A DNA stretch of 64,000 bases, from sequence record OR228459.1; one strand, 5' to 3'. How positions within the stretch are numbered: the first letter of the stretch is position 1; the number at the start of each line of letters is the position of its first letter. Position numbers and translations under genes: made by a program. Shown here piece after piece: positions 21,423-30,624 of this stretch. Below the pieces are notes generated by a model, which searched no databases, had not been told where the DNA came from, and worked only from the letters and a program-made list of their open reading frames with translations.

Positions 21423-22538
21423 TTAGATATGATCTGAGATCGGTTCAATTGGAGATTGATATGCAATCGTGATGATGATATTAATCTTACCAGTTGTACT
21501 GTTGTTTACGGATTCGTTAAAAATACAAGAAAGGATCTCATCTTTGTCACTAACCTGATGATTTACTTCATTTACAATGTAACGTTGTGTTGTCTGAATG
21601 TCGAAGTAATCATAAGGTGCAATTACAGTACCATCGATTTCCGATTGAACCGTGCCACCGAAGCGAACTAGCATATCAGTAACATCATTGTTGTATGGCT
21701 GTAATACATCAACTTGAATATTAGTGACAACATACCCAGCAGGACATGTACCTACTACAAGTAATGCGTTAGTGTAGCTTGTATCGATGGTATTAACGAT
21801 AACTTTAATATCTTTACCATCCTTACCCGGATCACCTTTGATGCTATCACCTTTTTCACCTTTCTCACCACGGAAGAGAATCCCTTCACTCCATTGCTTC
21901 TGGTTGGTTACTTCGTTTTCTTCTACGTAGTATAAGTATCCAGTTTTTGAATTATAGAATGTATAATCAACTGGTAGATTACTAATTTGTGGAAAATCTT
22001 CACCTTGTGAATCGATAATAAATCTACCACGTAAACCCTGTGGCCCACGGAAAGGGAATGGCCCACGCCAATCAGTGGTATCTAAATCATAAATGTAGAT
22101 ATTCCCATCTTCTGTATTATAGAAGGTGTATTCGTCAAATAGATTTGTTGTTGGTAATGTAGTACCTGAATCGTCAATTGTAAATGGACGCCCAGAATCA
22201 CCTTTTGGCCCACGACCGAACTCTTCTATGTTCCAAGTTGCAGGACGGATACCCGGTTCTGAGGTTTTAAAGTAGAGTATTGCTTTACCATTAGCTAAAC
22301 TCAAATAAGTCCAACCAATTGGTTTGTCAACTTCAAACGAACCATCAGGAATCTCAAATCCAATTAGATTTGGATAAAAGTTAGTACCGTTAGTACCATC
22401 ATGACCAACAACAAGACCTAAGTCATCGATAGTGTTATCAGCGTAAGTTACAATTAAGTGACCCGCACTGTTAATGTGGAACTTTGCTCCAGCACTATTA
22501 CATGAACTAATTGACCCATTATTGAATGAAATTGTCAT
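21423..22538 (-). CDS. Collagen-repeat-containing virion protein
   Basis: GPKGDSG, GPQGLRG and GEKGEKGD..KGDPGKDG triplets separate repeated small modules. Start moved to ATG 22538 after AAGGA. Confidence 0.75.
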   Translation of the reverse strand: MTISFNNGSISSCNSAGAKFHINSAGHLIVTYADNTIDDLGLVVGHDGTNGTNFYPNLIGFEIPDGSFEVDKPIGWTYLSLANGKAILYFKTSEPGIRPATWNIEEFGRGPKGDSGRPFTIDDSGTTLPTTNLFDEYTFYNTEDGNIYIYDLDTTDWRGPFPFRGPQGLRGRFIIDSQGEDFPQISNLPVDYTFYNSKTGYLYYVEENEVTNQKQWSEGILFRGEKGEKGDSIKGDPGKDGKDIKVIVNTIDTSYTNALLVVGTCPAGYVVTNIQVDVLQPYNNDVTDMLVRFGGTVQSEIDGTVIAPYDYFDIQTTQRYIVNEVNHQVSDKDEILSCIFNESVNNSTTGKINIIITIAYQSPIEPISDHI

Positions 22539-22573
22539 ATATATTTCCTTATGAGTTATTGTCATATTATGAA

Positions 22574-22612
22574 TATTTATCACCTAAAATAACATTTGAC
22601 TTCCAATAAATA
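22574..22612. promoter_or_regulatory. Divergent pair of late promoters
   Basis: TAAATA on the minus strand (22574-22579) and the plus strand (22607-22612) between divergent structural genes. Confidence 0.65.
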
Positions 22613-22644
22613 CTTTAAAGTACATTTTATGAGGGCTAACTATA

Positions 22645-23142
22645 ATGGCTTTACGATCAAAGAATTTTCTTTTCAGAAGAAAGGATAAAGCAGGAGTTTG
22701 GACAGATTTTCAAGACTCTGATAGCTGGTATCCAAGCAACGACAACTACTACTGGAATGAAGTGACACTAAATATGCCAGCGGGTGGATATTGGGGAAGT
22801 ACTACAGGATTACATACAATTGCATTTACTCTACGCGAATTTGTAGGTAGAATATATGTAGAAGCTACTCTTGCAAGTGATCCGCAAGAAGAAGATTGGT
22901 TCCCAATTAAATTCACAGAAAGTTGTAAATATTATATGGAATTTACCGATACACGAATCTATAATTCAAATACTGGTGCTCTTATGACTAAGCACGGTGT
23001 AACTGGTACATTCGCAGAATCATTAACAGGTAACTTCACTTACCTACGTGTTGGAATTGATCGCAACTATATCAGTCACGATCCAACAGATTTTCAAAAA
23101 CGTATGGCTGGAAAAATTGAAGAAATCCAAATAAATTATTAA
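22645..23142 (+). CDS. Hypothetical structural protein
   Basis: 165 aa; GAGG RBS; late promoter upstream. Confidence 0.7.
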   Translation: MALRSKNFLFRRKDKAGVWTDFQDSDSWYPSNDNYYWNEVTLNMPAGGYWGSTTGLHTIAFTLREFVGRIYVEATLASDPQEEDWFPIKFTESCKYYMEFTDTRIYNSNTGALMTKHGVTGTFAESLTGNFTYLRVGIDRNYISHDPTDFQKRMAGKIEEIQINY

Positions 23143-23151
23143 GGAAATAAA

Positions 23152-23760
23152 ATGGAATCCAAAATTGAACAACCAAAATTGTTCGTTAAAGGTCACGTAC
23201 TAATCACGGATGTAACTGATCCAGAAAACACAAAAGTACTTCTAGATAAAGCAAACGCAATTCATCCAGAAAATATGAGCCGTGCTATCGCAGATGCGTT
23301 GGCTAATAATGTTGACAGCTTAGGTGTCAGTATTGGTGCTATTTCTGAAATGCGTTTTGGTAACGGTGGTACTGTAGTTTTAAGTACTGGACGTGTTACC
23401 TACAAAACTCCACGGGTAACATCCTTTGGTGGACTATATTCAGAAACTTATGCTAAGAAAATTAACCCACGAATTAACTCAGGAATTGATTCTCAGTATA
23501 ACAACATTACAACTATGCATATTCCCGGACAAGTATATACCGATATTATTTGTGTTTGTACATTAGGACTAGGTGAGCCATCTGATCAAAATACTAGTTC
23601 AAGTACTAATATGGATGGTACATATGTTTTTGATGAATTAGGACTTTATACTGATGGTACTAACGGTCTACCTTTAACACATATCATATTCCATCCTGTT
23701 GAAAAAAGTGCTAACCGTGTTCTTCAAGTAAAATACACAGTTCGTGTGCAACTACAATAA
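23152..23760 (+). CDS. Structural protein, baseplate/fibre attachment-like
   Basis: FDELGL...THIIFHPVEKS.NR.L.V.YT.R pattern; AAGGA RBS. Confidence 0.6.
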   Translation: MESKIEQPKLFVKGHVLITDVTDPENTKVLLDKANAIHPENMSRAIADALANNVDSLGVSIGAISEMRFGNGGTVVLSTGRVTYKTPRVTSFGGLYSETYAKKINPRINSGIDSQYNNITTMHIPGQVYTDIICVCTLGLGEPSDQNTSSSTNMDGTYVFDELGLYTDGTNGLPLTHIIFHPVEKSANRVLQVKYTVRVQLQ

Positions 23761-23769
23761 GGATGATAT

Positions 23770-24873
23770 ATGATTAACTATACAATTCATAGAAGTAATG
23801 GGAAGATATACGCATCTATCCCAAATAATACAGTTCTTGGCCCTAACCAACCGAATCAAAACCCAACTGCTATTAACCTAGTTGGGCGTAACAAAGTTGG
23901 ATATGGTCAAGCATGGAATGAAAACGCCCTTTGGCAAGCAGAAAACTTTGCAGGTCAATTGGCACCTAAAGGTTCAGTAACAGGTCAAATATGGTATAGA
24001 TATACTTCTGGTATTGGGGAACTACTAATTTCGTTGGTTGATAACGCAAGACAACCCGACGCTAGTAATCCAGAAACAGAAAGAGATTGGGCTGCAATCC
24101 CAATGATTACGTTGTTTAATACAGTGCCAGATGGCTCTAACTCAATCATGGGTAGAATGGTATTGACAAATAACGGTGATTCTCTTAAAGTACTGATGAA
24201 GGATAAGGAGTGGCGTGAAATTCAAACTACTCGTCCACAAAACAAACAGTATGAATCATTACTAGATATTAACTATGATATCGGAACTAAGTATATTGCC
24301 TTTACTCAATCTGCTAGTACTAAGCCAATTTCATATTTTAACGTTGGTGCAGCGAGTGATGTTACCACAGATGGATATACTATTTTCCAAAACGGCGATG
24401 GAGTTTTTCAATTCGGCTCTAACTATTTTTACGAATTGAAAATTATTGGACGCGAAGTTAGTTTGGTAAATGGGGAAGTTATTTCTATTCCACAAAATTA
24501 CAAAACATGGTTAATTAAAGGTTCTTTCTATGTTAATAATAAAGGAACTTTTATTCCGGGAACCACAACAGCATCACAGATTCCAGATCCTCGACAAGTT
24601 GCGAACTTAACACAAATTATTGACACGATTGATAGTACTCAAGATACTTGGAACGTTAGCGTTAATATTAATGGAATTGACGTCACATTACCGGGAGCTA
24701 ATGGTACAACACAAGCTGATTGTGAAAATTATGTATTGGCATCGCTAAACAGTAATAAACATTTGGGGATTCGAATTGATGGTAATGTTTCAGGTTTGAA
24801 CGTTGGTCAAACTACATTAACACAATGGTCAGTCTTTATTAAAATTACTGGTGTCCCACCGATTGGTGTATAA
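23770..24873 (+). CDS. Virion structural protein
   Basis: N-terminal LVGRNKVGYGQAWNEN...ENFA pattern of large-myovirus structural proteins. Confidence 0.6.
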   Translation: MINYTIHRSNGKIYASIPNNTVLGPNQPNQNPTAINLVGRNKVGYGQAWNENALWQAENFAGQLAPKGSVTGQIWYRYTSGIGELLISLVDNARQPDASNPETERDWAAIPMITLFNTVPDGSNSIMGRMVLTNNGDSLKVLMKDKEWREIQTTRPQNKQYESLLDINYDIGTKYIAFTQSASTKPISYFNVGAASDVTTDGYTIFQNGDGVFQFGSNYFYELKIIGREVSLVNGEVISIPQNYKTWLIKGSFYVNNKGTFIPGTTTASQIPDPRQVANLTQIIDTIDSTQDTWNVSVNINGIDVTLPGANGTTQADCENYVLASLNSNKHLGIRIDGNVSGLNVGQTTLTQWSVFIKITGVPPIGV

Positions 24874-24906
24874 AAAAAAGGTAGTCTGTTGACTACCTTT
24901 TCTTTT
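24872..24906. terminator. Bidirectional terminator
   Basis: A-tract-GGTAGTC-TGTT-GACTACC-T-tract. Confidence 0.85.
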
Positions 24907-25368
24907 TTATATTGGTAAGCAATTTAAGAACGGCTTGCCATTTTTAATTGAATCCCATAATGAATTGAAATCATGAACTATAGTTGGATTGTATAAAGTA
25001 CTTTTGGCTCCCGGATGTAATGGTTTAGGCCAGTTGCCGATTTTAACCCATGCGTATCCAGCACTTTCATCATTTAGTTCAGGAATAAACTCATCAGGTA
25101 CTACAATAACAAATGAATAGTACTTAAACTTTCCATTCTTAGTACAGAAAACATCAAAAGGAATGATATCTTCAATATCAGGAACAGATGTTCCGAGTTC
25201 TTCTTCTATTTCTCTATGTAGTGCTTTTAGGGGGCTTTCATGATATTCAATCTTTCCACCAACGAAGCCCCAATTGTTAGAGTACGTCACGGTGTCAGAA
25301 CGAAGATTAAGCATCATTCTACCCGTACTTTTAGCTAAAAATATAGCACCGACAGCTTCGTTTGTCAT
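24907..25368 (-). CDS. NUDIX hydrolase
   Basis: Nudix box GGKIEYHESPLKALHREIEEELG. Confidence 0.93.
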   Translation of the reverse strand: MTNEAVGAIFLAKSTGRMMLNLRSDTVTYSNNWGFVGGKIEYHESPLKALHREIEEELGTSVPDIEDIIPFDVFCTKNGKFKYYSFVIVVPDEFIPELNDESAGYAWVKIGNWPKPLHPGAKSTLYNPTIVHDFNSLWDSIKNGKPFLNCLPI

Positions 25369-25377
25369 AAGTTCTCC

Positions 25378-26715
25378 TTATTCTTTAAAACCAATTCTCC
25401 AATATCCAGCACGATACTTGTTCATAATAACACGGTGCCAACCAAACTCGCGATTAAAGCGATAATAATTCTCATCGTCCATATTATAAACATATCCTTC
25501 AATACTGGATGGTTCTAGTAGTGTTGCACCTTCATTTGTGATGATAGCTGCATAGTTTGGTGGTATTACACTATTCTTATAGTGAATGTTCCTTTCTGAA
25601 ACATTGATATATATTTCTTCAGGAAGTGCATTTTCCAGTTGATTGTCTTCAACTATAAATGTTTGTATACCAAATTTTGATGTATAGATTGATGAATCAA
25701 CTTGAACTAATAATTTATTAGCACTTTCATCATGACCAATACTGAGCACTTCACTTTTTATTGGAGTTGGGTCTTCTAAAGATGTTAAGAATCGAATTTG
25801 TTTCTGTTTACCCTTGTGTGACTTATCCAAATAATCAAAATATACTTCCCATGAATAGATTCTACCATTAGCTGATATAGTATTTAATCCTTGACCAACA
25901 AGTGTTAATTCATACACTTCAGTACTCTTGTCAGTACTCTCGATTTTATCAACTAGTATTCCCATATTCTTTGGTGTGAACACATCAACCACAATATCAT
26001 TGTAATCACTCAAGATAAAATCTTGTTCAGTATTTGCGATTTGCATATTTGTAACAATTTGTTCAATCAATTTGGGTTTTGAGACCTTTGCGGGTAGACT
26101 CATCCATATTTGACATTTGAAAGTCATTGTGGCAATATCTAAATCAGTGTCAGTACCTTGCGGAACAGCACGAGAACTGAATTGTGTGTCGATTAACTCC
26201 ACATCTGTGAGAGAACACCAATCAAGTGGATTCTCTGAGGTCTGTAAAGTTACTGCTGGAGCAAAAAGACATGCTAATTGCTCTAGAATTTCCATTTTAG
26301 TAGTAAGAAGTGTTGTCCAGATGTTAACACTAAAGGTCAAATCCCAAGGTACAGGGTTAAAACGCTCCACTAAATGCTGTTCAGCCAACTTATTAGTGTA
26401 TTCGTTCTGTGTAGGTGATACATTTGTACCCAAAACTATCTTTTGTGACCAGTGTGAGCGTACATCCTTACGTGCCATAGTGAAAGAATCAACACTAATA
26501 GTCATCATAGGTGAACTTTTAGCGACGTTTTCACTATTACCATTGATAATGTACTGTGCCATACGAGAAATGTCTGCGTAACGGCATGGAACTTTACGAT
26601 ATTTTGGATTTCCATCTTCATCTGAGCCAAAACGCACTTGAAAATCACCAAAAAGTCTGATAAGATGCATTAAAACTCGGTGAAATTGACCATCGTAGTA
26701 ATATTCTACTTTCAT
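25378..26715 (-). CDS. gp15: Tail sheath stabiliser / tail completion protein (T4 gp15-like)
   Basis: YYYDGQ...F..F.V..G...Y.KVP..YAD.SR, PVPWDLTF.V.IWT, K..ILEQL..LF.P. Confidence 0.75.
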   Translation of the reverse strand: MKVEYYYDGQFHRVLMHLIRLFGDFQVRFGSDEDGNPKYRKVPCRYADISRMAQYIINGNSENVAKSSPMMTISVDSFTMARKDVRSHWSQKIVLGTNVSPTQNEYTNKLAEQHLVERFNPVPWDLTFSVNIWTTLLTTKMEILEQLACLFAPAVTLQTSENPLDWCSLTDVELIDTQFSSRAVPQGTDTDLDIATMTFKCQIWMSLPAKVSKPKLIEQIVTNMQIANTEQDFILSDYNDIVVDVFTPKNMGILVDKIESTDKSTEVYELTLVGQGLNTISANGRIYSWEVYFDYLDKSHKGKQKQIRFLTSLEDPTPIKSEVLSIGHDESANKLLVQVDSSIYTSKFGIQTFIVEDNQLENALPEEIYINVSERNIHYKNSVIPPNYAAIITNEGATLLEPSSIEGYVYNMDDENYYRFNREFGWHRVIMNKYRAGYWRIGFKE

Positions 26716-28208
26716 TATTTGTTATCCTTATGTACTCGGTATACAATGTTAGGTTTAACCGCATCTTGTAATGGAACACGGTCTGGTGAGTTGAGGAATC
26801 CGGTCATATACTGGTCTGCACCAGTCCAAGGTAAGCGACCACCGTATTTAAACTGTCTCCACGATTTAGTTTCATCAGAAAACTTCCATAATGTAACAGG
26901 TGTGTAGTCAGTACGGTAGAAGTATTCACCATCTTGTGGATCACTTGGGAAATTAGTACCTTCGCCAACTGTTCCACGTGCTGGTGGAATTTCCTCACGA
27001 CTATCTTCAGGATTATAAATGTTTTCAATGACTTCTTTCGAAGTAAATGATTTTTGATGCTCTTGTGGTGCAACAACCCATGTTTTATTATCATCTAATA
27101 CTTGATAAAGTACAGGTATTGTGTAAAATACATAGAAATCCTCGTTTTCTTCGGGTACAGTGTCTTCTTTTGTGTAAGGAAGATCACAAACTAGCCATCG
27201 TTTTTCAGATTTTAAGTATTGATATAATGTATAACCACACACGGACGAATCATCCTCTTTCATAAAAAAATCGCCATCTTTTGGACGCTTAGGAAATTCC
27301 GCACCATGTTTTGTTGGTACTTCTTCCCATGAAGTGTTGACTTTTTCAAATAGAACTGGTAAAGTTTCCTTCCAAAAGAACATATTTTTCGATGGTTTCT
27401 TTGGAAATGAAGTTCCGCTGAAGATTTCACGGGCTTCACTATACAGATCAACTCGGTCATTGTATAAATGTTCGTTTGTGTAATGAATATATGGCACTTC
27501 ATCATCAGCTTTCATAATAATTCTATTCATTATATCAATTTCGTTATTGTAATCGCCTTGTTGACTACCATCACCAGTACTATTTCCGTTTCCATTATTT
27601 GGGTCATCTGGATTGTCTGGGTAATCATTATTATTAAGTATGTCTGCGTATTCTGGACTGTCAGTAAGGGGCTTCACACGTATTTTAAAGATGTGATGTT
27701 GCCAAGTGACTGAGTACCCTTCTGATGTTCTAAAGGCGTCCTGAACGGTGTAGAAGCGGTTTAAACCACTATCTTTACCCATTACATCGAAGTCGCGTAG
27801 GTTAGGTAGTTCTATTACATCACCGGGCATGATTTTTCTTCCCACACGCTGCATCATAGTGTTATAATGCATCGTAATGTCCATAGTGTTAAAGTTAAAG
27901 AACAATCCGGGAATTTTTAAGTCGGGTGTTGCTTCTTGAATTTGATATACTACTGGAATGGTGATGGCTTCTAGGTTGTAAGCACGATCTGGTGATTCAC
28001 CAAAAATTAGATCTCCGATACTTGACACATCAATAGTGTTTCCGCTATAATCAGGTAATGAGGGGTCGCTAGATGTACTAGCATTTTTCGGGCCAATGTA
28101 ACAGTACAACCACATATCGGTTCCACCCATGTTGTATTGGTCTGCAATGGCACCATCGATGAACTTATAATCATCGGTTCTGCCTTTTTTCCACATGCTA
28201 TATGCCAT
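26715..28208 (-). CDS. Neck / head-closure protein (T4 gp14-like) with C-terminal repeats
   Basis: Adjacent to gp15-like gene; GG.D..LY.Y and GRKIMPGDVIELP motifs; four FP..P..G.FF...W repeats. Confidence 0.6.
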   Translation of the reverse strand: MAYSMWKKGRTDDYKFIDGAIADQYNMGGTDMWLYCYIGPKNASTSSDPSLPDYSGNTIDVSSIGDLIFGESPDRAYNLEAITIPVVYQIQEATPDLKIPGLFFNFNTMDITMHYNTMMQRVGRKIMPGDVIELPNLRDFDVMGKDSGLNRFYTVQDAFRTSEGYSVTWQHHIFKIRVKPLTDSPEYADILNNNDYPDNPDDPNNGNGNSTGDGSQQGDYNNEIDIMNRIIMKADDEVPYIHYTNEHLYNDRVDLYSEAREIFSGTSFPKKPSKNMFFWKETLPVLFEKVNTSWEEVPTKHGAEFPKRPKDGDFFMKEDDSSVCGYTLYQYLKSEKRWLVCDLPYTKEDTVPEENEDFYVFYTIPVLYQVLDDNKTWVVAPQEHQKSFTSKEVIENIYNPEDSREEIPPARGTVGEGTNFPSDPQDGEYFYRTDYTPVTLWKFSDETKSWRQFKYGGRLPWTGADQYMTGFLNSPDRVPLQDAVKPNIVYRVHKDNK

Positions 28209-28237
28209 TTGTTGTCTCCAAAATGTTTATATATTGG

Positions 28238-28243
28238 TATTTA
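28238..28243 (-). promoter_or_regulatory. Late promoter TAAATA
   Basis: 30 nt upstream of the neck gene start. Confidence 0.6.
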
Positions 28244-28248
28244 TTTTT

Positions 28249-28279
28249 TTGGGACAAATGAGATTTTATGTGATATAAT
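28249..28279 (+). promoter_or_regulatory. Early-type promoter, copy 3
   Basis: TTGGGACAAATGAGATTTTATGTGATATAAT. Confidence 0.85.
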
Positions 28280-28318
28280 TGATTATGTCGTGCAAAATTC
28301 AACGAAGGAGAAGCACTT

Positions 28319-30589
28319 ATGAGTTACAGTTTTCAAGATTTATACAATGATAGTAAAACACTTGCTCTAAGCCTAGGCCATGAGTTCATGACAATTGACC
28401 ATCTAAGTGCAGTTGCTCTTAAAGTTCCAAGTGTTAAAGAAGCACTAGAATCTTTCGCGATTGACACGGATAAACTAAGTCAACGTATCGAAACTTATCT
28501 ACGTGAAGTACCGCCGCCACAACTTCCAGTTTCGGTGAAAGAAGCTATTGCTTCACATCAAGTTCCAGTGTCAGTACTAGTGACACGTGTTATGTACGAA
28601 CTAGAAAAACAATCAGTACTCGAACAATTAAAAAATGATGATTTTACGATTGAAGGTTTCTTTGTTCTATTTGAATGTTTATCATTCTCCAACACGGCAC
28701 TAGAAGTTGCACTAAAAGAACAATCAATGTCCCGTACTGAAGTTGCACGGTCTCTTCAGAATTATGTATCAGAACAACGTTCTGATGTAGATTTAACAAA
28801 AAGTGTTAAAACTGAACAAAAAGGAGGCCGTGTGGCTCAACAGCAACCATCTTCTGGTAAGAAATCTATTGAAGATTACACTACCAACCTAACCGAGCTA
28901 GCTCGTGAAGGTAAACTCGATCCAATGATTGGTCGTGAAAAAGAACTAGTTGCTCTAATTGAAACACTATCTCGTCGTACTAAGAAAAATCCATGCCTTA
29001 CTGGTGAAGCAGGTGTTGGTAAAACACAGATTATCGATGGTCTAGCACAAGCTATCGTTGATGGTAATGTACCTGAGCACATGAAAGAACTAGAGATTCT
29101 TTCTCTTAACATGGGTTCATTCACTGCTGGTACTAAGTATCGTGGTGAGTTTGAAGAACGTGTTGATAATTTCCTAAAAGAAATTAAAAAGCGTGAGAAC
29201 ACCATTGTATTCATTGATGAGATTCACACTATCATGGGTGCTGGTTCCTCATCTTCCGGTACTATGGATATGAGCAATCTAATTAAACCAGCACTATCTC
29301 GTGGTGAAATTAGTGTTATTGGTGCAACTACATACGATGAATATCGTCAACATATCGAGAAAGATGGTGCACTATCTCGTCGTTTCATGAAAATTGACGT
29401 AGTTGAACCAACGTTTGAAGAAACTACTGAAATCGTAAAAGGTATCAAATCCAAATACGAAGAGTTCCACGGCGTAACTTATGCTGAAGATGCTGTAGAT
29501 GCAATCATGGAACTATCTAGTAAGTTCCTACAGAACCGCCGTTATCCTGATAAAGCTATCGACCTACTAGATGCGTCAGCAGCTAAAAACCGTACTAAAT
29601 CAGGTACTGATTTAGTAGTTACCCGTAAAGATATTGAAGAAGTTGTTGCTGGTATTGCAAACCTAGAACTTTCTGTAGTTGCTTGTACTGAAAGTACTCG
29701 TATGCTAGAATTACCAGAACTACTACGTAAACGTGTGTTCGGTCAGGAAGAAGCAGTACAAAAACTTGTCGATAACGTAATGGTAGCTCGTGCTGGCCTA
29801 CGTGATGCTGCAAGCGTACAAGGTGCATTCATGTTTGTCGGCCCATCCGGTACTGGTAAAACTGAAATCACCAAAGCTCTAGCTGATTCAATGGGTTCTA
29901 AACTAATTCGTTTCGATATGTCTGAGTTCTCTCAAGAACATACTGTTGCAAAACTAATTGGTTCACCTCCCGGCTATGTTGGTCATGACACTGGTAACGG
30001 TCTACTACTAGACCAAGTAGAGCAACATCCAAATGCTGTACTACTACTAGACGAGATTGAAAAGGCACATCCTAAAGTACTACTAACCTTCCTTCAGGTT
30101 CTAGATGAGGGTCGTCTAACTGGTTCTAAAGGTAAAACTGTGTTCTTCAATAATGTAACAGTTATTATGACTACTAACCTAGGGGCAGCAGATTCCGAGA
30201 AACGTAGCATGAATATGGGTTCGAGTGAAACTGGTCAGGATAAAGCTATTAAAGAATTCCTACCACCAGAATTCATCAACCGCATTGACGCAATTGTGAA
30301 GTTCAAAGAACTATCATCTGAAGCAATCGATAGTGTCATTGACAAATTCATGTCACAAGTTTCTTCTGCTGTTGCATCACGTAATGTAACTGTAGTTCTA
30401 AATGATGATGCACGTGCATGGTTAGCGAAGAATGGCGTTCAACGTGGGATGGGTGCACGTCCTATGAAACGGACTATTGAACAGAATATCCGTCTACCAC
30501 TAGCAAAAGAAATGCTTTGTGGTTCACTACAAAATGGTGGAGTTATCAAGTTCGGAGTTGAAGATAACAAAATCGTTATCGTAAAATAA
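28319..30589 (+). CDS. clpA: ClpA-type Hsp100 ATPase (two AAA modules, no M-domain)
   Basis: KLDPMIGRE, GEAGVGKT, AGTKYRGEFEER, FIDEIH, GPSGTGKT, FDMSEF, GSPPGYVGH, LLDEIEKAHP, MGARP. Confidence 0.93.
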   Translation: MSYSFQDLYNDSKTLALSLGHEFMTIDHLSAVALKVPSVKEALESFAIDTDKLSQRIETYLREVPPPQLPVSVKEAIASHQVPVSVLVTRVMYELEKQSVLEQLKNDDFTIEGFFVLFECLSFSNTALEVALKEQSMSRTEVARSLQNYVSEQRSDVDLTKSVKTEQKGGRVAQQQPSSGKKSIEDYTTNLTELAREGKLDPMIGREKELVALIETLSRRTKKNPCLTGEAGVGKTQIIDGLAQAIVDGNVPEHMKELEILSLNMGSFTAGTKYRGEFEERVDNFLKEIKKRENTIVFIDEIHTIMGAGSSSSGTMDMSNLIKPALSRGEISVIGATTYDEYRQHIEKDGALSRRFMKIDVVEPTFEETTEIVKGIKSKYEEFHGVTYAEDAVDAIMELSSKFLQNRRYPDKAIDLLDASAAKNRTKSGTDLVVTRKDIEEVVAGIANLELSVVACTESTRMLELPELLRKRVFGQEEAVQKLVDNVMVARAGLRDAASVQGAFMFVGPSGTGKTEITKALADSMGSKLIRFDMSEFSQEHTVAKLIGSPPGYVGHDTGNGLLLDQVEQHPNAVLLLDEIEKAHPKVLLTFLQVLDEGRLTGSKGKTVFFNNVTVIMTTNLGAADSEKRSMNMGSSETGQDKAIKEFLPPEFINRIDAIVKFKELSSEAIDSVIDKFMSQVSSAVASRNVTVVLNDDARAWLAKNGVQRGMGARPMKRTIEQNIRLPLAKEMLCGSLQNGGVIKFGVEDNKIVIVK

Positions 30590-30590
30590 A

Positions 30591-30616
30591 AAAAAGAGGG
30601 CTTTCGCCCTCTTTTT
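30591..30616. terminator. Bidirectional terminator
   Basis: AAAAAGAGGGC-TTTC-GCCCTCTTTTT. Confidence 0.9.
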
Positions 30617-30624
30617 GTTTTTTA

